In this document: in pieces, positions 1 to 11,535 of the stretch
How positions within the stretch are numbered: the stretch's first letter is position 1
How the letters are laid out: each line of letters starts with the position of its first letter
Assembly (NCBI RefSeq): GCF_006345805.1
Contig: NC_043013.1
Location: forward strand, 24,552,001-24,616,000
Direction of reading: 5' to 3'
Source of the DNA: Octopus sinensis
Lineage: Eukaryota
Length of the DNA stretch: 64,000 nt
Translations under genes and position numbers: made by a program
Notes under the pieces: generated by a model
Told to the model about the DNA's origin: nothing
Databases searched by the model: none
What the model saw: only the letters and a program-made list of their open reading frames with translations

Positions 1-1150
1 GAAATAATTACAGAGGTATCGAATTGCTAGACTAGGTGACAAAAGTTAGAGAGGGTCATAGCCCAACTAATTAGGAAGAGAGTTAGCCTAGATGAGATGC
101 AGTTTGGTTTTGTGTCAGAGAGAAGTGCACTACTGATGCGATATTCTTGGTAAGGCAGCTGTAGGAGAAGTATTTATCCAAAATAAACCTCTGTATTTGG
201 CTTTTGTTGACATGAAGAAAGCCTTTGACAAGGACCAAGCTTCCTTATCTGGAGGTCAATGTGGAAGTTAGGGATAAATGAGTTGTTGGTGAGAGCCGTA
301 CAAGCCATGTACATGGATGCTGTCAGTAAGGTGAAGGTTGGCAATGAATTCGGTGTACAGGTAAGAGTTCAAGGATCGGTTCTCAGACTCCTCTTCATCA
401 TTGTCCTCCAGGCTAAAACAGAGGAATTTAAGACGGGCTGCACTTGAGAGCTTCTCTATGCTGATAACCTTGTTCTTATAGCTGAATCCCTACCAAAACT
501 TGAGAAGAAATTTCAGGTGTGGAAGCAAGGTCTGGAATCAAAGGGTCTTATTATTAATTTAGCAAAGATCAAAGTCTTAGTAATTAGGAAAGATGGCCCG
601 GCTCGATATAAAGAAAAGGCGTAGGTAGAAACACCATAAGGTGTATCCGATGCAAACTATGGACAGATAAAAGGTGCAGCAGCATCACAGGAAGGTTAAC
701 AGGGAAAATAGTCTTTGTGTGTGGCAGGTGTATAGGTTCAATAAACACTAGAAATGTACAGAAAATAGACTCCGTCAATTGCCACGGATGATACTTGGAA
801 ATAGTAGATAATTTCAGTTATCAAGGTGACCAAGTCAGCTGCGGGAGTGTAGCTGCTAGAATAAGAATAAGCTGGACAAAGTTCTAAAAGCTTCTCTCTT
901 TGTTGGTAACAAACTGCCTTTTCCACAGAGTGAAAGGATGCCTGTGTGCTTACAGCCATACAACACGGCTGTGAAGCATGGACAGTGACTGCAGAGGACG
1001 TATGATGGCTTCAAAGAAATGAAGCTAGTATGCTTCGCTGGATATGCAATGTCAGTGTGCATGTACAGAAGAGTGTAAGTGTCTTGAGAGAAAAATTGGA
1101 TGCAAGAGGCATTAGATATGTGCAAGAGAGACGACTGCGCTGGTACGGTC
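1..1150 (+). mobile_element. Degenerate RTE-clade LINE reverse transcriptase fragment
   Basis: Frameshifted translation gives NNYRGIELL, MQFGFV, TDAIFLVRQL, LYLAFVDMKKAFD, QGSVL..LLFIIV, LLYADNLVL and a C-terminal MLRWICNVS..LRWYGH segment; several stops. Confidence 0.85.
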
Positions 1151-1201
1151 ATTAGCGGATCTGTTGGAAGATCTGCAAAGAGACGGAAGAGCTCCCTCAA
1201 G

Positions 1202-1202
<1 letters not shown>

Positions 1203-1264
<62 letters not shown>

Positions 1265-1287
1265 TGTCTGTCTGTCCGTCTGTCTGT
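1203..1287. repeat. (GT)n/(GTCT)n microsatellite, representative of dozens of (CA)n, (TA)n, (CATA)n, (GATA)n and (AAT)n tracts across the window
   Basis: Direct reading. Other large tracts are at 1600-1720, 1903-1992, 4815-4895, 14070-14192, 26330-26515, 41100-42335, 47020-47625 and 63160-63670. Confidence 0.98.
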
Positions 1288-1910
1288 GCACTATAGGATA
1301 GTTTTATTCTCAACTATCTGGCGCAATAGCTGTCACTGAGTTTAGATTGAAGATTACTATAAATTAGCATCTAGTCATAAAAATAGTTACCAAGTGCTTC
1401 GATGAACCTTCTTCGAGGAATTAATGAAGCTTAGAATGTACAAGTTCTTAATTCTATTGAGCATTGTCTGCTAAGTTTTGGTTTAAAATAATTTTAGATA
1501 GAACAGTATTGAGAGCTCTTTGTTCCTATCTATTTGGATCTCATCTATTGTGTGTATATCTGTCTTTTTTTCTTTTCTACATGCTAAGACTACGTGTGTA
1601 TATAAACATACATACCTACATGCATACATACATGCATACATGCATACATACATACATACATACATACATACATACATACATAGTATAAGACACACAACCT
1701 CGCACACACACACATACATATATATTACAGTTCTGTCATAGGCAGATTAACAAAAAAAAGTGTTCTATCCAGTGAGAGATAAACAGCATTTAATATACAG
1801 TTGCAAATGAGTTGCTGATAGTTTCAAGCTTTAAGATACATTAATCTATCTTAAAGCATTAACGTATCAGTAGCTCTTTTCTAACTGTGCATATTAAATG
1901 ATGTGTGCGT

Positions 1911-1994
<84 letters not shown>

Positions 1995-2422
1995 GCTATT
2001 AGCGGCAGAAGTAGTTTTTGTAGTGAATATAAATTTTTGCAACAAATATAAATTACCTAACCCTAACGTAACTTGGATGTATTGTTTATAACGCGTCAGA
2101 CTATTGTAAATGTCCAGAAAAATCATTTTGTGTAAACAACAAACGGTAAAAGGCACCGATATTCTATTTTCGGTTGCCGATCACCGCATCATATGATTTC
2201 ATTTGATCGGGATCATTGATGGCAGCAAAGCAGTCCGAATGCCAGACAGAAAATAAGACAAACCTTTATAAAAGAACTAGCATTATGACCCGTCGTTGCT
2301 AGTGCATGTATATATGTGTATATATATGTGTGTATATATATATGTGTACATATTACATGTACATCTATATATATATACATCTACACGTAAAATACAAAAT
2401 ACAAAGTTATATCTTGATATCG

Positions 2423-2780
2423 CTAGTGATAACAATACTCAAAATACATAACAGACTGGAATTGTAGGCCCCTGTCTCTTGCAATTTCGATCAATTGTAT
2501 CTTGTCCTCCCTCTTGTATAGAAGTGTGGTTACAATCCAGCCTACCTCAACTTCTGCGGGTGGGGGGACATTTTTAATTTTTATCCGACACATCCTACGT
2601 CCCAGATATAAAGGTAAAAATAAAATATTTCCACTTTGCAAGGTTCGAGTCGAGTACTCCCTTGCACGCTCCGTTGACTCGAACCTTGCTTCTATTGTGG
2701 CGAATTTACCGCCTCTAGTTAGATATCTTTCATAGTCGCACCAAGACACTTTTCGATGGTGCTTTCCTCCAGGTGTTCAA
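2423..2780 (-). mobile_element. Possible LINE ORF1 (RRM-like) fragment
   Basis: ORF 2423..2749 has FATIEARF..RIKIKNVPP, resembling RRM-type ORF1 proteins of L1/Tx1-like elements; no ORF2 nearby. Confidence 0.35.
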
Positions 2781-3071
2781 ATCTTTTTTCTCTACATTGT
2801 ATACTTTATAGACAATAGTCTTTTCTTTAATTTAATTTTTTAGTATCCATCTGGACTATTCCATTTCTGCACGCTAATTTTATTTTTAATTTATTCCCAT
2901 TCATGTGAAACCACTTATTCAAGTTCAAGTCATTGATGCAATTTTATACCAATTGCTATTTTTACTTTTGTTATGTTACGATTATATCATACTTTAGTTT
3001 GATTTTAATTATTACTTACTACATATAATTCAATTGTTATTATTATTTTTATTGTTAAAGTGAAAGTATCA

Positions 3072-3475
3072 CTATATATATAAAACTGAGAATGTGTGTG
3101 TGTGTCTGTCTGTCTGTTCGTGTATTTCCCTAAAACCTGAGAACTACATAACCAATTTCATTCAAATTTCACACATGCCTTACTTAGGGTTAGGGGAGTG
3201 TCATCGGCAATAAATTTTAAAAATTTTTTGCCTAGGGCGAGCCCACAGCAATATCATATCTTCTCCACTACGATTCCCTAAAACTTGAGAACTACACAAC
3301 CAATTTCATTCAAATTTTACACATACCTTACTTAGGGTTCATGTAGTTTCATGGGCAAAACAAATGTTCAACTTCTTGCCTAGAGCGAGCCCATAGCAAT
3401 ATCATATCTTCTCCACTATTTCAGTATTACGTGTTAAAAGTGAAACAAAAACATTTCTCCATTTTATGTCAGACT
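3072..3475 (+). mobile_element. Non-autonomous Helitron-like element 5' part with internal ~148-bp tandem duplication
   Basis: Starts CTATATATATAAAACTGAG followed by (GT)n/(GTCT)n. The unit TTCCCTAAAAC..CTTCTCCACTA is repeated at ~3126-3271 and ~3274-3419. Same family at 25456. Confidence 0.55.
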
Positions 3476-3479
3476 ACAT

Positions 3480-3900
3480 TTATGTCGATGTAATTGATGG
3501 TGGTTTCTTTCTCATGTAGATCTGCAGTGTTGAAGAACTTATCAGGTTTGGTTATTTGCATATTTCCAGTGGAGAAGTAAAAACACATCGGAATTGTTTA
3601 TTTAGTATCTCGCTTATCCTCCTGGGATCTGTAGCGAGCTATTTTCCTCAAACAGAGACCCAATGTTGTAGCTCACTGTGGCAGATTCTTTTACAAAGCT
3701 GGAGAAGGCTTTAGGATTCATTTTCATATTTTCAACTGCCCCGGTTTCTCCTTTCTCCCGTTTCTTTTCTGTGAGAGAATCTGAGTTTATTTTCGATCTG
3801 TAAGAGTGCCTCTTTGAGGTGGGATTTCTCGCTGTCATTAAGTTGTTTATTTAAACGATTTCAGATATTTATTCTCCGTCTCATAAGGACTCTGCTATTA
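3480..3900 (-). mobile_element. CR1-type LINE ORF2 linker fragment
   Basis: AVENMKMNPKAFSSFVK..IGSL resembles the K.NPK.FY.Y linker between the endonuclease and RT in CR1/L2 elements. Confidence 0.55.
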
Positions 3901-4344
3901 TACATCTGCCTTTACATATATCGTGCACTACACTCATTACATATACAAGTTCTCTGTTACACACATTACACAAATCCTACTCCACTCTACAAAGCCCTAC
4001 TCTAGAACTGTTACGCTACAGACACTACACATTCTCTGCTCACTATTAAGGTCAATACGGATTGCGTGCACTGATTGAACAAAATCCTCAAACATATTAC
4101 AGATGTTGCACCTCAAAAGTAATGTAAATACTTCATGGTGACCACATAGCTATACTGTTGCAAAAACTCTCAAAAACTTTGTTCCCTCTGCTAAACTAGA
4201 TAATTTTCACCTGATCAGTTGCTTATATTTTAGGAAGTTGATATAAGTACTGTCTATGTGCGTACAAGTGCTTATCATTATTTTGGACAATGCTGCTGCA
4301 AACACAAATATTCAAGGTCGCATACAAATATAATCTAATTATTT

Positions 4345-4670
4345 CTCAGAGCTTGCTAGTAGTTAGTAATTGAGGATTTAGTAACTACTAACAGAAATTT
4401 GTTAGCTATTTAGATTTTGGTAAGACTAGCCAAATAACTGTTGCTTACTGAGGGTTTAGTAACCACCGGCCAGACATTTATTTGTTATCTAGAGCTTTCC
4501 AAGATTAGCCAGGCAACTGTTAATAAGGTTTTAGTTAGCATTAGCCACATATCTATCAGTTATTGAGGATTTAGTTGCATTAGCCAGATGTCTGTTAGTA
4601 ACTGAGATTTTAGTAAGCACTAGCCAGACAGTTATTGAAACTTTAGAAAGTCAAGGCAAATATCTGTTGC
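4345..4670. repeat. Degenerate ~40-bp minisatellite
   Basis: Recurrent TAGCCAGA..TGTTAG..TTGAGGATTTAG..CA units, about 8 copies. Confidence 0.6.
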
Positions 4671-4810
4671 CTAAGTCTCTGACACATTTAAAAATAGTTA
4701 TCTTTTATTATTAAAAATAGATGTCTTCTCTGGATTTTAGCAATTCCTTCATCGCACGTTTTTCAATAATTCTGTTATTTTATCTTATGTTCCTTTATAC
4801 ACAACCATAG

Positions 4811-4880
<70 letters not shown>

Positions 4881-4896
4881 ACACACACACACACAG

Positions 4897-6525
4897 AAAG
4901 ATGTAATATCGGCCATGAATGAGTTGAACTCCTGCTCAGCAACGGCCCAGATGGATTTCCGGCTGCTCTTTTAAAGACATGCAGGAAAGCTCTCGCAAAA
5001 CCATTGAAGACGCTTTTTCAGAGTTTCCTTACGTGTGGTAAACTTTCCAAAATATTTTTTTTAAAAAGGTATGATATGACCTGTCCATGAAGGAGGAAGC
5101 AGAGCAAATGCTAAAAACTACAGGCCTATTTCTCTGACTTCACATGTTAGCAAGGTCATGTATTGCATTGACAGAGGTGGTTGATCATGTTCCTGAAATA
5201 AAACAACTTTCTCACAAACACACAACACGGCTTTCGTCCTGGGATGAACTGACTCACGCAACAACTACAGCATTATGACTGGGTACTGAAACAACAGCTC
5301 AACAACTCGAATGTGGATGTCATATATCTCGACTTTGCCAAGGCCTTCAACAAAGTTGATCATGGAATGATAGGTTACAAGCTGCGTGATCGTGGTATCG
5401 CTAGAAAACTAAGACAGTGGCTGAATGATTTTTAAAAGGCAGAAGTCAGACAGTTGCAGCCAATGGTACTCTCTCTGAAGAGACACCTTTTCTCATCGGA
5501 ATCTCTCAGCACATTGTACTGATGCCACTGCTGATGGTGGTGGCTCTCTTGAACATACCTACAGCCATCCAGTCAGTCGCTCTCACCAGCTGTGCTGATG
5601 ACACAAAATTATCGCAAGCGGTCAAGGACCCTGATGATATCCTAAAACTGCCGAAGGACCTGAATGCAATATACAAGTGGACTGATAAACAAAACATGCA
5701 TTTCAATACTCTACTCAACTCTCAGCCCACTCAACAATCGGCCTACAGTCGGAATACACAGGGTCAGTGGGTAGTGCAATGCCAGAGTGTGTGACTTAAG
5801 AATCCACGTGAACAAACATGTAGCATTTCATGTGCATATTACCAAGACGGCAACACTGTGCAGGCGAGTAGCTGGATGGATTCTGAAATCATTCAGAACC
5901 AGGAAAAAGGATACCATATTACTCTTATGGAGAACTTTCGTTTTAAGTCGTCTGGATTACTGCTCCCAATTGTTGCCATCGAAGAGTGCCAAGCTGGAGG
6001 CAATCCAGCACCACTACATAAAAAGGTTAACTCAGTGAAACAAATGAGCTACTGGAAAAGGCTAAGGGAACTGAAACTCTACTCCCGGGACAGAAGGTGT
6101 GAAAGATGTGTCGTGATATGCATGTGGGATATTCTGGAAGGCCTAGCTCCTAACTTGGGAACTGAAAGCCATACAAGTCACCAAACTGGGTGGCACTGCA
6201 TAGTACCAAAAACCTCGTCTTCTCTACCTAGAATAAGGACCAAGTACTGTAATTGGGTTTCAAGGTCTTCCAACTATTCATCATTCTGCCAAACAGCCTC
6301 AGAGGTCTGCGTGGAGTAGATGTGAAAGTTTTCAGAAAACGGTTGAACAAATTTTTATGAGATACCAGATGAGCCTGCATTGCGGTAGGGGACACACAAA
6401 ATAGCAGCTCCGTCCAACTCGTTACTTCACCAGGAATTATACCAAAAACAACACCAGTTTTACTGAAGGCGGTGCCTTAGCATGGCCTTGTCCTTTGGCT
6501 GAAATCCCTAAAAGATAAAAGATAA
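4897..6525 (+). mobile_element. CR1-clade LINE, RT through 3' end, decayed
   Basis: GPDGFPA, NYRPISLTSHVSK, QHGFRPG, VDVIYLDFAKAFNKVDH, CADDTK, SRLDYCSQL; 3' stem-loop GGCGGTGC..GCATGGCC and (AAAGAT)n tail. Confidence 0.9.
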
Positions 6526-7841
6526 TATATTGTATATATAATGTCTGTAGTGTAACGCATTAAGTATAGTGACTACAATAATGTGCACTCAGTTTAATAA
6601 TTATGAATATGCTTGGTGTATGGTGAATGAAGGTGCCTTGGTTCTTGTATGAACTTATTTCGGGCTGTTTTCTAGGTAGAAGTAGTATACATCTGGTATG
6701 AGCGACTCTAGATTGTTGTAACTGCTGTAACTTCAGTGGGTAAGGTCAGCAAGGACATCAACCTTATATGGCTGCCATTATTGAAAAATAAATATAAGCA
6801 ATCTAAAAATTGTAACATTAAATGTAAGAGCATCACCTGTCTAAAGAATAATACCCGTATTATCGTTCTTTGGTGTAGAAATATCAGTTTATTAGTTCGA
6901 ATCTAGTCAGTTACATGTAGACTTCAAGAAATAAGACAGATTGTTGATTGAAGATGAAACAACCGAAGGGTAAGTTATATGTAAATGAATTTAAAGGTTT
7001 TTATTTCTAAAGGTAACCTTAATTATCCGCCAGGAAACCTATGTATGTGTGTGTGAGTACGTGTGTGGAGAGGGAGAGGTGGTTAACTGGTAGGGTCATT
7101 AGTGCGTCGGGTCGAATGCCTTGTGGTATCTAATCCGGCCCTCTATGCTTTGACCTCAGATCACACCAAGTCTAATATTTATCGTTTCGGAGTCCATAAA
7201 TAAGTACCACTCCAAGTGCTGGCACAACCCTTTCTTCCTCCAGGTGTCCGATCCTGAATGATTTCGCTAAATCAGGTGTGTGTGTGTGTGTGGTGGGGGG
7301 AGGGGGGCTGAGAAGGTTTGTCTGTTCGCAACCACATGGGCCTCTAAAACAATTCCGAAAGCGTACCAAATGCAATAAGCTCATCATCGATTACGCGTTG
7401 TGGCCAGAGTTAGCGAATATAATTCGCAGCAATCCAATTTCATACATAAGTGAGCAACTAAACTGTAACCAATGTTTCTTTCTCTCCTCTCATTCTTATT
7501 TTGATGTAAATATTTTCTAGGTTTATGTCTAAGATTAAGCGACAAGGGAGTAACTAAAGAACTCGACCTCAGTCTGGTATTTATTGTATTTCTCACTATT
7601 GCCGAATCCCTTAGTTACGGGGATTTAAACAAACCAAGCGGTGGTGGAAAGCTAAACACTCACACATACACACGTGCGCACACACGCGCGCGCACTCATA
7701 TCTGTGTGTGTGTGTGGTGTGTGTGTGTGTGTTTGGCTTTCCATCACTACACACACACACACACATATTTGTGCGTGTGTGTGTGCGCGCTCGTGTTTGG
7801 ATTTCAGCTTCTGCTTGACAATTGGTATTAATATATATGTA

Positions 7842-8071
7842 TTTCTTTATTGCCCACAAGGGGCTAAACACAGAGAGGACAAACAAGGACTGACAATTGG
7901 ATTAAGTCGATTACATCGACCCCAATGCATAACTGGTACTTAATTTATCGACCCCGAAAGGATGAAAGGCAAAGTCGACCTCGGCGGAATTTGAACTCAG
8001 AACGTAAGGGCAGACGAAATACCGCTAAGCATTTCGCCCGGCGCACTAACGTTTCTGCCAGCTCACCGCTT
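7842..8071 (-). mobile_element. tRNA-derived SINE with Nin/Deu-like central domain, flanked by a 27-bp direct repeat
   Basis: Reverse strand reads GCGGTGAGCTGGCAGAAACG..GAGTTCAAATTCC..GACTTTGCCTTTCATCCTTTCGGGGTCGATAAATTAAGTACC. TTGACAATTGGTATTAATATATATGTA occurs at 7815-7841 and 8072-8098. Weaker copies at ~7075-7225, 19655-19755, 35790-35960, 42870-43035, 50315-50440 and 52055-52220. Confidence 0.85.
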
Positions 8072-8276
8072 TTGACAATTGGTATTAATATATATGTAGT
8101 TCGTAATCATCAGACATGATTATAAACTTTAGCTCGTTGTAGTAATTAGAACGGTCATGTTAAAATCTTGGTTTTTGTCTTGTTTGGGTGCAAATACTAT
8201 ACTCTAAAGACTGTAGGAGGATGGTAAAGCGAAAGATGTCGTTGAGGTAGCAAGTGAAATAGGTGGACGACATCAA

Positions 8277-8935
8277 AGTAAAACAATGGGAAAGCATTGG
8301 ATTGTAGTTTAAATCATTTATTTTAATAGACACTTGCATTTATGTGTTGTACCCACCAGATAATTCACTACACGACATTTACCAACTTGCTTCGAGTTGG
8401 TGAAGTAGAAAATAAACAGGAGAAATACTGTGTCGATGTGATAAGGTAGAACTGGCATGTGTGCGCGTTGGTCATACGTTCCGCAACTGCTACTGTGTTG
8501 GGTCATTCATGCTGAATATGTGATTCTACATTGGCTGCTGGACTGGTCCAAGTTAACTGTTGGCTACCTTCTTGTCTCTTGACAATCCGTCAAGGGACTG
8601 CAGATAGCCATCACCAGGTGAACTGTCAAGAGACAAGCAGACAACCAGCAGTTAACTTGCGCCAGTCAAGCTGCCAACATAGAACAATATATTCAACATG
8701 AATGACCCAACACGGTCGTGTAACGTATGACCAACGTACACACAGACACAAAACATGTTCGATTCTACCTCATCACATCGACACAGTATTTCTCCTATTT
8801 ATTTTCTACTTCGCCAACTCGAAGTAAGTTGGCAATGTCATGTAGTAAATTTTCTGGTATATACAACACATAAATGCAAGTGTCGATTAAATAAATTATT
8901 TAAACCACAATCTGATACTTTCCCATTGTTTTACT
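8277..8935. mobile_element. Fold-back element: ~310-bp inverted arms around a ~35-bp spacer
   Basis: AGTAAAACAATGGGAAAG... pairs with ...CTTTCCCATTGTTTTACT; the arms stay colinear inward to CTTGTCTCTTGACA / TGTCAAGAGACAAG. Confidence 0.9.
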
Positions 8936-9384
8936 GAGTAACATTCTCTTTTGAGTCAGCCATGACCAAGGGCAGCACTTTCCTCGGACGCAAGAAAGGC
9001 GATGCTACCTCTATTCTTTCTTCCTTTCTAGTCAGCACCGTGTATTCCTTACTCTTTCACTCTCTACTGACAGACAACCTTTTTTCTACACTATCAACTA
9101 CTAACCAGCGAGCCAACCTTGTCACTATCACTAGAATTGCTATTGTCTCTAACTACCTGTCGGGCAAACGAATAAACATATACAAATAATATTTCTTCTT
9201 TCTTGATGTTGATTCTTCGATGTTTACTGGTACTCCGATGTGAGAACTTTGAAGCGTTACATCTACACACTACATTCAGTAGCGGGCTACATCATATCGA
9301 TCTGATATCTGACTTTCATCCAGTCCGCTATAAGACTAACTCTGGATTGTCGTACAGGTGCAATAAAAAGGTTTAACGGGATTA

Positions 9385-9858
9385 AAGAATTATCATACAC
9401 ATTTTTAGAGAGTTACTTCCCTTATAGATGCCAATTCGGGCTTTCTTCGCCATTTCTGTTTTGGTGTCTTCAAGCCATGAAGTCATTGTTCTAAAAGAAC
9501 ACTGGTCTCCTTGACAACGCTTTACGACGTTGATTTCCTTACACTCCCTTCCCCACAGCTTCACGAGGGAGGGAAGAAGGGGAGAAGCAAACAGGTGCAG
9601 GTGTGACCATGGACGCCAACTCCGCCGCCATCGACACACGAAAAATTAGGCATTAAAATGGAATAAAAAATGATGTTAAATTATTTTTAAAATCGTAGAC
9701 TCATCGTAGACGCGCGCTAATACTCAGACGGGCTCGATATGAATCACGACTATAAGATACCCGAATTTGGTTAAACTGCACCGCAAAATGTGGGAGTAGT
9801 TAGGAATCTAAATCGAAGGAGACAGACACTCACACAACTACAGTTTTATATATATAGA
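9385..9858 (-). mobile_element. Non-autonomous Helitron-like element (5' terminus at 9858)
   Basis: Reverse strand starts TCTATATATATAAAACTGTAGTTGTGTGAGTGTCTGTCT, the same 5' signature as 3072 and 25456. No 3' CTAG end was seen and the left boundary is approximate. Confidence 0.5.
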
Positions 9859-10817
9859 TTAACTCTTGGGCGTTTAATCTAAGTTCACTCATGTTGGAGT
9901 TGGATTCACTTGAGTAAACTAACAATTTTTTTTTCTGTCAACTTGGCTTTTTGCGCGAAACGTTCTACCGTTATTTCTTTCAAAGCTAATAATGCCTGAG
10001 ATCACTGCTCATCATAGAGATGCTGTGACTAGTTTGAGTTTACACACTACTCTACCCTAAAAGCAGCACTACGTAGATTTGGATACGATTTTCGGCCACT
10101 GTCACTGCTTGGAGAAGCTTGTCAGCTCCTAACATCAGTCAATTCATTCGACCCAACCCTAGTAATTTATGTTACGAGCTCAGAGAAGGACGTGAAACAA
10201 AGTTGACAGAATTTGGGATGAGAACGCAAAAGGCTGCGACAAGGAGTCACAATGCATTTTTTCCCAATGCAATAGCGATTGTAACACACTAAGTTTGTTA
10301 AACAAAAAACACTTGTTAATTAAACCGCGCTACCACTATAACAAAGCTCTGCCCTCTATTAACTGAAGTGACACTGCATATTGTTGGTAACACAATACAA
10401 ACCGTCGACCTCTTTTATACTTCGTCGAATATTCCGATACCATATAGTCCAACTCTTTTTTAATTCTGAGATATTCAAATTAAATATCCTTTTTATGGGA
10501 AATACATATTAGGGGAAATAGTTGTCTTCTTTGGTGAATATATGATTACAAACAAGTAGAATGGTGTAGGCAAGTCTTTCTGCTACATCGATTTACAATT
10601 GTTTCAGTCTCCCGATTACTGTCTTGTCTTCTAGCCTGTACCTGTGGATGAGCTTAATAGGGTAAATAAACTCCAAAAACAACATTCCAAAGTTGTGTGT
10701 GTGTGTGTGTGTGTGCAAAACACACAAACATGAATATCTTCTGTATTGGAATGTGGCACTGTATTGAAAAATGAAATGACAAAAACAAACGAAATATAAG
10801 AAAGATTCTCAACATAC

Positions 10818-10963
10818 CAGGTCAACAATTTGGTTTAACCTTAAACCAAAGCGAACTAACAATATAGTGGATGCATTTATGACGGGACGAACAGATTTTT
10901 CATAACCCGTCATCAAATCTCTGTAAAGGCGCTGCTCATCTGGAATTCGGCCACAACAACAAA
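10818..10963 (-). CDS. Coding exon of a nicotinic acetylcholine receptor-like (Cys-loop ligand-gated ion channel) subunit, start of the extracellular domain
   Basis: Acceptor ttcttccttgcAG and donor GTatg. The 146-nt exon (phase 1 to phase 0) translates (V)CCCGRIPDEQRLYRDLMTGYEKSVRPVINASTILLVRFGLRLNQIVDL, matching the nAChR pattern E.RL..DL..GY...RPV.N.S...V.FGL.L.QI.D. It ends at the usual nAChR intron position before DEKNQ. Confidence 0.92.
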
Positions 10964-11059
10964 CTGCAAGGAAGAAATTGAAATCAGAAATTAGATTTCA
11001 TTGTGTGTGTGTGTGTGTGTGTGGTGTGTGTGTGTGTGTGTGTGTGCGTGCGTGTGTGT

Positions 11060-11535
11060 GTGCGTGCGTGTGTATATTGAGTGTGTGTTGAGTGTATTGT
11101 TTATGTGTGCGTATGTTTATGTGTGTGTATTGAGTGTGTGTTGAGTATATTGTTTATGTGTGCGTATGTTTATGTGTGTGTGTATTGAGTGTGTGCGCGT
11201 CTATATTGAGTGTGTGTTGAGTGTATTGTTTGTGTGTGCGTGTGTTTAAGTGTGTATTGAGTGTGTGCGCGTCTGTATTGAGTGTGTGTTGAGTGCATTG
11301 TTTGTGTGTGCGTGTGTTTATGTGTGTGTGTATTGAGTGTGTGTTGAGTGTATTGTTTATGTGTGCGTATGTTTATGTGTGTGTGTATTGAGTGTGTGCG
11401 TGTCTGTATTGAGTGTGTGTTGAGTGTATTGTTTATGTGTGCGTATGTTTATGTGTGTGTGTGTATTGAGTGTGTGCGTGTCTGTATTGAGTGTGTGTTG
11501 AGTGTATTGTTTGTGTGTGCGTGTGTTTAAGTGTG
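11060..11535. repeat. GT-derived compound minisatellite (~75-bp higher-order unit)
   Basis: Repeats of TGTATTGAGTGTGTGCGTGTCTGTATTGAGTGTGTGTTGAGTGTATTGTTTATGTGTGCG..., about 6 copies. Confidence 0.9.

Noticed and set aside
2276-2303. ACTAGCA..TGCTAGT mini inverted repeat resembling a Helitron 3' end
   Set aside because: Only half of the expected hairpin is present and no linked 5' end could be assigned.
10590-10640. GAAACAATTGTA half-hammerhead on the minus strand
   Set aside because: No CUGANGA-like core or stem I partner upstream.
11060-11535. Regularly spaced repeats superficially like a CRISPR array
   Set aside because: There are no unique spacers and no cas genes, the context is eukaryotic, and it is a GT-derived minisatellite.
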